Positions 57,434-64,000 of a stretch of 64,000 bases of DNA are shown in pieces. Source of the DNA: an uncultured Bacilli bacterium (GTDB lineage Bacteria; Bacillota_I; Bacilli_A; RFN20; CAG-826); the NCBI GenBank assembly GCA_944375905.1, contig CALWAS010000009.1, forward strand, positions 78 to 64,077, written 5' to 3'. How positions within the stretch are numbered: position 1 is the first letter of the stretch; each line of letters starts with the position of its first letter. Both the position numbers and the translations under genes were made by a program. The notes beneath the pieces were generated by a model, which saw only the letters and a list, made by a program, of their open reading frames with translations, did no database searches and was not told the origin of the DNA.

Positions 57434-58597
57434 ATGGGAACAAGCGAAAGTCCATCGATCCGAAAGGGGCAACGGGCGGCGGGGCCGGAACTGCTTAGGC
57501 TCATCGCCCTTTTCCTCGTCGTGCTCTGCCATGCGTCGGCTTTTTCGGGCATCGACCGCCCGGCTCTCGGCTTTGGCTTCGAACAATGCCTGCTTTTCTT
57601 CCTTGAGGGGCTAGGCTCGTTCGGGGTGGATGCCTTCTTGCTCATCACCGGTTACTACATGGTAGGGAAGCGTTTTAGCTTCAAGCGCGTTTTCCGCGTC
57701 TATTTTCCGGCCTGGTTCTATAGCGTTTCCCTTTTCGCCGTTTTCGCGATCGTGAACCGAAGCGACCCTTCCTTCTTTGGTGCTTGGACGATTTTCCAGG
57801 CTTTCTTTCCGGTCATCACGCTCGAGTTCTGGTACGTGAGCATCTATATCCTCCTTCTTTTCCTTTATCCCCTCATCGAGCTTTTCTTCAAAAACAGCAC
57901 GAGGACGGGGCAGCTCATCGCCATCTTCTTCATCCTATTGGCCTTCGGGGTTTATCCCGCCATCCCCGGTCTCATGGACATCGGCCCGCTTGCCGATGTC
58001 TTCCTCTTCGTTTTCATGGCTCTCCTCGGCGGCTATCTAAGAAGGTATCCGGACGCCTTGGTTTACCGCCGCTGGGCCAAGTGGCTGCTATTTATCGTCC
58101 CGATTGCCCTCTACCTCCTCTATGTGGTCCTCGGCCCGTATCTGTCCTCCGCATACGGATGGGATGTCGAAGCAACGATGCAATATTCGCATATGCGTTA
58201 CAGCCTATTTGGCGGTTTTTCGGCCTTGGGCGCCTTCTTGCTCATCAAGGATGCCGACGTTCGCTCCCCCGGGCTTAGAAACGCCATTCTCTTCTTGGCC
58301 TCGTCGGTCTACGGGGCCTACCTTGTCCATGGCAATCCCTACATGAATTCCTTTCTCTGGAAGGGGCTCTTCGAGGCCCGGGCCTTCGTGGGCTCTCCGT
58401 GGCTTCTGCCCTATATGCTCGGCAGCGCCGTCGCGGTATTCGTCGTGGCGCTAGCCGTGGAAACGCTCCGCCGCCTTGTCCTCGACCGCCATCTCTTCCC
58501 GTTGCTCAATGGACCACTCGGACGGCTCGATCTCCTTCTCTACCGGGCTCTCGATCACTTAAAGCAGCCACGAGAAGCGGTCGACGAGCAAAAATGA
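57434..58597 (+). CDS. acyltransferase family 3 membrane protein
   Basis: About 10 TM helices. PELLRLIALFLVVLCHA start typical of acyltransferase_3. Start uncertain (TTG 57401, ATG 57422 or ATG 57434). Confidence 0.78.
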   Translation: MGTSESPSIRKGQRAAGPELLRLIALFLVVLCHASAFSGIDRPALGFGFEQCLLFFLEGLGSFGVDAFLLITGYYMVGKRFSFKRVFRVYFPAWFYSVSLFAVFAIVNRSDPSFFGAWTIFQAFFPVITLEFWYVSIYILLLFLYPLIELFFKNSTRTGQLIAIFFILLAFGVYPAIPGLMDIGPLADVFLFVFMALLGGYLRRYPDALVYRRWAKWLLFIVPIALYLLYVVLGPYLSSAYGWDVEATMQYSHMRYSLFGGFSALGAFLLIKDADVRSPGLRNAILFLASSVYGAYLVHGNPYMNSFLWKGLFEARAFVGSPWLLPYMLGSAVAVFVVALAVETLRRLVLDRHLFPLLNGPLGRLDLLLYRALDHLKQPREAVDEQK

Positions 58598-58663
58598 TTT
58601 CCCTCTTTCCCGCGCGTATGCTAAAGTTATCCCCGCATTTAGCGAAGGATTGGTGATCGAACA

Positions 58664-58828
58664 ATGGCAAACAAGACGAATCGCATCAACGTGACCCTCA
58701 AGTGCACCGAGTGCGGCGAGCACAACTACATCACGACGCGCAACAAGAAGAACACGCCGGAGAAGCTTGAGCTCAAGAAGTACTGCAAGGTGTGCAAGAA
58801 GGAAACGATCCACAAGGAAGCGAAGTAA
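58664..58828 (+). CDS. rpmG: 50S ribosomal protein L33
   Basis: Not in ORF track (54 aa). [54 protein letters not shown]. Confidence 0.93.
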   Translation: MANKTNRINVTLKCTECGEHNYITTRNKKNTPEKLELKKYCKVCKKETIHKEAK

Positions 58829-58830
58829 AG

Positions 58831-58852
58831 AAGGCCTGCGGGCCTTTTTTCT
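58831..58852 (+). terminator. intrinsic terminator after rpmG
   Basis: AAGGCC-tgcg-GGCCTT followed by TTTTCTT. Confidence 0.85.
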
Positions 58853-58858
58853 TAGAAC

Positions 58859-59485
58859 ATGGAACTCAAAGCCTTCAATCCGGGCGGCGAAAGCTCCAAT
58901 TCCTATCTTCTCATCGAGGGAAGGCAGGCCGTCCTTGTCGATGCCGGAAGCGAAAACCCGCCCCAAGTCGGGCCTTTCGTGGCTTCGCGGGGCCTTGAAC
59001 TTCTAGCCATTTTCCTCACGCACGGCCATTTCGATCACATCGAAGGACTCGAGAGCCTCGCCCCGTCTTGCCCGATTTACGTGAGCAAGCTCGATGAAGG
59101 GTGCCTGACGAGCCCGCGCCTCAATGGGTCGCGAAGCTTCGGCTTTTCCTTCCGCCTCGATGTCGAGGGTCTAGAGATCAAGGAATACCCATCCGACGGC
59201 GAGCTTTCGCTTCCTCCTTTCGGCCGCCTCGAAGTCATTGAGACGCCTTTCCATACCGAAGGCAGCGTCTGCCTTTATTTTCCAAGGCAGAATCTTCTTT
59301 TCACCGGCGATACCCTTTTCGTCGGCGGCATCGGGCGATACGACCTGCCCGGGGGCGACGGAAGCAAGGTGGAAACGAGTCTCGCAAAGCTTAAGGAACT
59401 CCCAGGCTCGCTCCGTTTCTATCCGGGACACGGTCCGTCCGGGCGGCTCGGCGAGGAGAAAAGAAGCAACCCATACCTCCGCTAG
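58859..59485 (+). CDS. MBL-fold hydrolase (glyoxalase II / YqgX-like)
   Basis: 208 aa. THGHFDHIEG and later D and H ligands (FTGDTLF, PGHG). Confidence 0.85.
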   Translation: MELKAFNPGGESSNSYLLIEGRQAVLVDAGSENPPQVGPFVASRGLELLAIFLTHGHFDHIEGLESLAPSCPIYVSKLDEGCLTSPRLNGSRSFGFSFRLDVEGLEIKEYPSDGELSLPPFGRLEVIETPFHTEGSVCLYFPRQNLLFTGDTLFVGGIGRYDLPGGDGSKVETSLAKLKELPGSLRFYPGHGPSGRLGEEKRSNPYLR

Positions 59486-59581
59486 ATAGGCTCCCTAAAA
59501 GGGAGCAGGTCGCGCTTGGGGGTGGATAGTAAGCCCCTACAAGCGTAAAATACCACCGGTTTTCGATAAGGAGTAAAGCAA

Positions 59582-60139
59582 ATGAACGTAACCGAATTAA
59601 GGCCGGGCAACTACTTCGAGGACGAAGGCATCCTCTATCAGTGCATCGACATTCTTCTCAACAAGACCGCCATGCGTAAGATGGTGGCCAAGGTCAAGGT
59701 CCGCAACGTCAGGACCGGAGCCATCATCGAGCTTGCCCGCAATAGCGGCTACAACGTCGAGCAGGTTTCCGTCACCAAGAAGAACATGCAGTACCTTTAC
59801 GACGACGGGGTTTCCCTCGTCTTCATGGATCCGACGACCTACGAACAAGTCGAGCTTCCGAAGACCGGGATGGACGACGTCATCAAGTACCTTGCCCCGA
59901 ATGGCGAGGTCAGCGTTTCCTTCTACGACGAAGAAGTCCTCGGCGTCGATCTTCCTTCCAAGGTCGCCCTTGAGGTAACCGAGACCGAACCGGGCACCCG
60001 CGGCGACACCGTGACGAACGGCGGGAGCAAGGACGCGACCCTCGAGACCGGACTCGTCATCCGCGTTCCTCTCTTCATCAACGTCGGCGAAAAGGTCCTC
60101 GTCGATACGACGACCGGCAAATACGACAAGAGAGCCTAA
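59582..60139 (+). CDS. efp: translation elongation factor P
   Basis: 185 aa. LRPGNYFEDEGILYQ and GTRGDTVTNGGSKDATLETG. SD AAGGAG. Confidence 0.95.
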   Translation: MNVTELRPGNYFEDEGILYQCIDILLNKTAMRKMVAKVKVRNVRTGAIIELARNSGYNVEQVSVTKKNMQYLYDDGVSLVFMDPTTYEQVELPKTGMDDVIKYLAPNGEVSVSFYDEEVLGVDLPSKVALEVTETEPGTRGDTVTNGGSKDATLETGLVIRVPLFINVGEKVLVDTTTGKYDKRA

Positions 60140-60142
60140 GGA

Positions 60143-60367
60143 ATGGTCGAACTCCAGGTCTGGGCCCTCGTCCTCATCATCGTCGGGGTTCTCATCCTCG
60201 GGGCGGTTGCCGGCTTCTTCGGAGCCCGCGCCTTCCTCAAGAAGGAACTAAAGAAGAACCCGCCGATCAGCGAGAACATGATCAGGGCCATGTTCATGTC
60301 CATGGGACGCAAACCATCGGAAGCCCAAATCCGACAGGTCATGAACAACATGAAGAAGAGCCAGTAG
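60143..60367 (+). CDS. UPF0154 (YneF-like) small membrane protein
   Basis: 74 aa. N-terminal TM helix, then KKELKKNPPISENMIRAMFMSMGRKPSEAQIRQVM. Confidence 0.85.
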   Translation: MVELQVWALVLIIVGVLILGAVAGFFGARAFLKKELKKNPPISENMIRAMFMSMGRKPSEAQIRQVMNNMKKSQ

Positions 60368-60391
60368 GCCCTCTTCCTGTCCCAAAGCAAT

Positions 60392-60420
60392 GCCCCCTCT
60401 TCCAAGAGGGGGCTTTCTTT
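60392..60420 (+). terminator. intrinsic terminator after yneF-like gene
   Basis: GCCCCCTCTT-cca-AAGAGGGGGC followed by TTTCTTT. Confidence 0.85.
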
Positions 60421-60442
60421 ATGAAAAAAAGAACCGCCTTTT

Positions 60443-60488
60443 GAAGTGAGCCCCAAATGTTGGACAAACCAACAGGAGGGCTCACTTC
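60443..60488 (-). terminator. long compound hairpin, probable terminator of the minus-strand operon
   Basis: GAAGTGAGCCC ... GGGCTCACTTC (11 bp) enclosing TGTTGG-acaaa-CCAACA. On the minus strand it is followed by AAAAGGCGGTTCTTTTTTT. Confidence 0.6.
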
Positions 60489-60513
60489 ATTTCGACGGCT
60501 CTTTTTGCTTGCC

Positions 60514-61671
60514 TTACTTCGCCTTCGGGATATCGAGTTCGATGTCGCTATCCGGATAGGAGGCGCAGGCGTGGACGTAACCGAACTTGCGGTCGGCTTC
60601 GCGGCGCTTGTCGGCCCCGGCGATGGTGAATTTGCCGCTCAGCAGCTTGGCATGGCAGACGCCGCACCCGCCGGCCCGGCAGGAAGAGGGCACCCTAAGG
60701 GCGGCCCTTTCCATGGCGACGAGGAGGGTTTCGTCGTCCCTGGCGGGGATTTCGTAGACCTTGTCTTGGATGTGGACGGTCAATTTGTAGGTTTTGCCTT
60801 GGCTCTCGCGATTCCCGATCGGGTTGGCTTCGGCCCGGATGTCCTTCTTGACGAGGCCAAGGGCGGAAAGCTCCTTGTTGGCAAAGGCAATCATCGGGTC
60901 CGGGCCCGAGAGGAAGGCCGAGAAGCGGGGAAGGCCGGCTTTCTTAATAAGCTCGGCCGTTACGTATCCCGTCGGATAGCCATCGGTCTTCGTCTCGAGG
61001 ACATAAGTCACGTCGATCTTCGGGTTTTTGGCAAGCTGGTCAAGCTCATCTTTGAAGGCCAGGTCCTTTTCGGTCTTGGCCCCGTAATAGACGTGGAGGC
61101 GGAAATCGTCGCTTCCTTCGGCGATGGAACGGGCCATCGACACGAAGGGAGCGATGCCACTTCCGCCGGCAATCGCGACCACGTCTTCATGGTCGCGGAG
61201 CGGTTCGTGGTAGAAGTCGCCGAGCGGGGCCCGGAGTTCGACGCAATCGCCGAGCTTGATCTTCTCGACGAGATAGGTCGAAAGGATGCCCCCCTTCTTT
61301 TCCTTTACCGCGATCTCGACCTTCTTGTCCCTAAGGGCGGCAAGGGGCGAGGAAACGATGGCATAAGGACGGCTTGGATGGCCGCCGTCGACATCGGCGG
61401 AAAGGCTGAGGTACTGGCCGGCTTTGAAATAGAAGGGTTTGTCGATCTCGAAGGTGAGTGCGACAAACGATGGGGCGACCTCCTTTTTCTCGATGAGTTT
61501 GCCATGAAGAAGTCCCGGATGGAGAAGCTTCATCGTTTCGAAGACGTCGTCAGTCGCCTTAAGCGGCTCCGACGAGCCTTCTTCAAGCATCCTTTCCCGA
61601 TGCGGGACGATTTTCGTGAAGCGTATGAGGTCGAGGAAGGAGAAAATCTTCTTTTTGAATTTGTAGGACAT
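60514..61671 (-). CDS. FNR-like NAD(P)H flavin reductase with C-terminal plant-type 2Fe-2S ferredoxin domain
   Basis: 385 aa. RPYAIVSS (RxYS), AGGSGIAPF, CRAGGCGVCHAKL plus a later HAC. Lies 2 nt downstream of the upstream gene. Confidence 0.85.
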   Translation of the reverse strand: MSYKFKKKIFSFLDLIRFTKIVPHRERMLEEGSSEPLKATDDVFETMKLLHPGLLHGKLIEKKEVAPSFVALTFEIDKPFYFKAGQYLSLSADVDGGHPSRPYAIVSSPLAALRDKKVEIAVKEKKGGILSTYLVEKIKLGDCVELRAPLGDFYHEPLRDHEDVVAIAGGSGIAPFVSMARSIAEGSDDFRLHVYYGAKTEKDLAFKDELDQLAKNPKIDVTYVLETKTDGYPTGYVTAELIKKAGLPRFSAFLSGPDPMIAFANKELSALGLVKKDIRAEANPIGNRESQGKTYKLTVHIQDKVYEIPARDDETLLVAMERAALRVPSSCRAGGCGVCHAKLLSGKFTIAGADKRREADRKFGYVHACASYPDSDIELDIPKAK

Positions 61672-61673
61672 GG

Positions 61674-63197
61674 TTAATTCCCCCGTTTGATGTCGCCTAC
61701 GGTTTGACGCCCGGCGATGTCGCCTGAGAAATAGGCGCTCGAATAGCCAGAAAGGCGCATCGCGTGCCCCCCGACGAAGCGCAGGCCTTTGGTCATGTGG
61801 TCGTGCTTCATCATGAGGAGGCGGGCATTCAGGCCGTCGTTGTAGGTTCCTTCGTAACCGTAGATGTCGCCCTCTGGGTGGTTGCCGTAGCGGGCGTAGG
61901 TCATCGGGGTGGCAATCGATATCTCCTCAATGCTGTCTTTGATCTTGGAACCGGTAAATTCCTCGAAGCGATCGATCATGCGACTAGCGACTTCGTCCTT
62001 GGTACGGTAGTAGTCTTCGACTTTGACCTTCCCCCAGCAATCGGACATGAATAGCGTCGTGAAGTACATGATGGTTGTTCCCTTGGGCGAGCAGTCCGGA
62101 TCGGCCCGATTGAGGCAGACGGTCGCTTGGGCCGCGTTCTTCTCGAGGGACTTCATGATTTCGTATTGCTTGTCGCTATCCGTGGTGTCGTATAGGAAAT
62201 AGTTGTGATCGGCAATCCCGAGTTCGTCGGCCGTCTTGTTGAGCCCAAGGAAGAAGGAGAAGCCGCGTCCAGCAAGTTTCCGGGCGTTGGTGGCCTTGAC
62301 TATTTCTTCGGTAACGGCCGATTTGTCCATCATGCGGCCGTATACGATGTGTGGCTCGACATTGGCGACAACGTGCTTCGTTTCCAGAGCGCGTCCGTCG
62401 TCGAGAAGAACCCCGCAAACGGCGCCGTTCTCGTCGGTCAGGATCCGCTTTGCCTCAGTGTTGTACCAGATTTCACCGCCGAGCTCGAGAATCCGTTCGG
62501 CCATGGCGGTCGAAATCTCGTGCGAGCGGTGCTTCGGCATCATGACGCCTTTATCGAAATAGCGGAGCAACATCGAGGCGTAATGGGTGAACGAAAGCTC
62601 GCTTAGCGGCGCCCCGAGATAGCACCAATACGCATCCAATATGGCTTGGGTCCGCTTTGGCATCCCGATGGCATCGAGGACTTCGTTTACCGAGTAGCTC
62701 CCCGTCCTCACGTAATTTCCGAAGTGTTTGACCATATAGGAAGACTCGACAATGCCGTTCTGGGCATTGGTATAGGCTTGAGCCTTCCTGATTTCCTCGG
62801 CCAGTTCGAAGAAGCGTTCCATCGATTTCCTGGAACCGGGAACGTATTCTTCCATTTTCGCTATGACGTTCTCTTTTCCGAAAGGAATGGTGGCATCCAG
62901 CTTTTCGCTCGGGCAGATGACCCTGTAAGCAGCGGGGAGCGGTAGCCATTCAATCTTATCGGTCACGCCGAGTGAATCGAATAGATCCCTAACGTCGCCC
63001 CCTTCGGGAGTAAAGTCGTTGAGTTCGTGAAGCGAGGCCTCGAATTCAAAGCGGCCGCGGCGGAAGCTGGTAGCGAATCCGCCAGGCAAATTGTGCCGCT
63101 CGAGAACGAGTACCTTCGCGCCACCCTGTAGCAGCCTGATGGCAGCAGTCAATCCGCCATTGCCGGCCCCGATGACGATAGCATCGTACTTATCCAT
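61674..63197 (-). CDS. CrtI/phytoene-desaturase-family FAD-dependent oxidoreductase
   Basis: 507 aa from MDKYDAIVIGAGNGGLTAAIRLLQGGAKVLVLERHNLPGGFATSF. SD AAAGGAG. ORF opens 13 codons upstream. Confidence 0.85.
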   Translation of the reverse strand: MDKYDAIVIGAGNGGLTAAIRLLQGGAKVLVLERHNLPGGFATSFRRGRFEFEASLHELNDFTPEGGDVRDLFDSLGVTDKIEWLPLPAAYRVICPSEKLDATIPFGKENVIAKMEEYVPGSRKSMERFFELAEEIRKAQAYTNAQNGIVESSYMVKHFGNYVRTGSYSVNEVLDAIGMPKRTQAILDAYWCYLGAPLSELSFTHYASMLLRYFDKGVMMPKHRSHEISTAMAERILELGGEIWYNTEAKRILTDENGAVCGVLLDDGRALETKHVVANVEPHIVYGRMMDKSAVTEEIVKATNARKLAGRGFSFFLGLNKTADELGIADHNYFLYDTTDSDKQYEIMKSLEKNAAQATVCLNRADPDCSPKGTTIMYFTTLFMSDCWGKVKVEDYYRTKDEVASRMIDRFEEFTGSKIKDSIEEISIATPMTYARYGNHPEGDIYGYEGTYNDGLNARLLMMKHDHMTKGLRFVGGHAMRLSGYSSAYFSGDIAGRQTVGDIKRGN

Positions 63198-63411
63198 GCA
63201 AATCTCCTTTGTTCCAATATTGTAGCGCACGCGCACCCGTACGCGCGCTTAAAAAGCAGGAACGGAATCGGTCACGATGTTTAACTGACAAAACTAAGCA
63301 AGTAATCCAAGAAAAGGTATCTACTTTAGGAGATTGGAAGTGATGTGAAAAGGAGAAGGCTCGAATCCGACTACGAGAGAAAGAAGCAGTGGGAAAGACA
63401 GTTAATAGGCT

Positions 63412-63426
63412 AGTAGATATTTAGTA
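63412..63426 (+). repeat. 15-nt AT-rich repeat AGTAGATATTTAGTA, copy 2
   Basis: Exact match to 48550..48564. Lies in the 370-nt AT-rich intergenic region. Confidence 0.6.
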
Positions 63427-63614
63427 ATAATTTAGATGGCAGTTATACCAGCGCAGACTAATGAAAATTTCTGAAGGATAAATGGTCATCTTTACAATTT
63501 GCTTAAATAATCGTCAATTAAAACATAGCCCATCATCGGGATTTTTTGACAATTAAATCTTAGAAAAGAAGTTTTCCACCAAAAATCTATCAAAAGTCTG
63601 AAAGTACTAAAAAA

Positions 63615-64000
63615 CTACTTACCCCAGTGAGCTGGTTTCTCTTCTCCTGCCCTGATGCGCTTGATGTTCGGTATGTGTTTTATGACCATGAGAGCATAGC
63701 ATAGGACAATGCAGAGAGCTGACTGCCAAGAGAAGTCGAACCAGCCAGCCGTTCCGAAGTCCCACATGAGGATCGAGGTGTTTAATTGACTGCATTCGGC
63801 AACGATTGTCATGATGACTTCGAAGATGGTTATTAGCCCTCCCGATATGAGAGAGGCGAAGCTAACGATTTTCTTTTTCCAGACAAGCACCGGGAAAAAG
63901 GAAAGGAAGCAAAACACGAACGTGACATAGCTTGTCCCGCCGGCGGCTCCCATGAAACAGCTTACGGCCTTGCCTCCTTGAAAGCCGAGATAGACGCTAT
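63615..64000 (-). CDS. plsY: glycerol-3-phosphate acyltransferase PlsY (5' end outside window)
   Basis: Reading continues past the listed ORF start to the window edge (..FKGGKAVSCFMGAAGG..). C-terminal IKHIPNIKRIRAGEE matches the PlsY tail. GC is visibly lower than in the rest of the window. Confidence 0.8.
   Translation of the reverse strand, partial: SVYLGFQGGKAVSCFMGAAGGTSYVTFVFCFLSFFPVLVWKKKIVSFASLISGGLITIFEVIMTIVAECSQLNTSILMWDFGTAGWFDFSWQSALCIVLCYALMVIKHIPNIKRIRAGEEKPAHWGK

Noticed and set aside
63343-63412. 22-codon ORF (GTG 63345, KRRRLESDYERKKQWERQLIG) and other 13-24 codon ORFs in the AT-rich region; also a tRNA-like GGCTCGAATCC string near 63366
   Set aside because: The ORFs are too short, have weak or mis-spaced SDs, and I cannot test conservation. 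The T-loop-like string has no complementary flanking stem, so it is not a tRNA.

Overview
GC-rich by eye (G/C-ending codons dominate) bacterial chromosome segment using the standard genetic code: TGA acts as a stop and there are many ATGA start/stop overlaps. I count about 60 protein genes. I see no rRNA, tRNA, CRISPR array, transposase or integrase. The backbone is a housekeeping block that, as I recall the Bacillus subtilis yqe-yqf-yqg region, runs comEA-comEC-holA-rpsT-lepA-hemW-hrcA-grpE-dnaK-dnaJ-rsmE-mtaB-rpsU-ybeY-cdd-era-recO-glyQS-dnaG-sigA-trmK-nif3-ispH-DEAD helicase-nfo-ispG-rpmG-efp. From this I infer a non-sporulating Bacillota (Bacilli or Mollicutes-like) origin. Three lipoproteins with poly-Ser spacers after the lipobox fit that inference. 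Regulatory elements I can read directly: an Ala T-box leader upstream of alaS, a CIRCE operator overlapping a consensus promoter upstream of hrcA, many GC-hairpin terminators, and at least seven genes with a -10 box 6-9 nt from the ATG and no Shine-Dalgarno (leaderless signature). There is no canonical defence island or mobile element. The candidates for something undescribed are the genes that break the conserved synteny: (1) a leaderless two-gene module between lepA and hemW, made of a degenerate-Fic / disordered / wHTH protein plus an acidic single-pass membrane protein; (2) a 263-aa orphan translationally coupled between rsmE and mtaB; (3) a C39-peptidase + ABC-membrane-domain protein with no ATPase domain, flanked by two large lipoproteins; (4) an adenylation-carrier didomain protein and a PD-(D/E)XK-nuclease/Fe-S DinG-helicase fusion where Bacillus has gpr-spoIIP; (5) a CrtI-like flavoprotein plus FNR/2Fe-2S reductase operon next to a 370-nt AT-rich orphan region and a lower-GC plsY. 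Non-coding curiosities: a recurring AT-rich motif (ATATTTAGTAG) in four AT-rich patches, a family of CC-UAAA(A)-GG hairpins, an 18-bp perfect palindrome, and a ~490-nt unexplained region upstream of the alaS T-box. All calls come from reading translated motifs and sequence by eye; no database search or folding was run.
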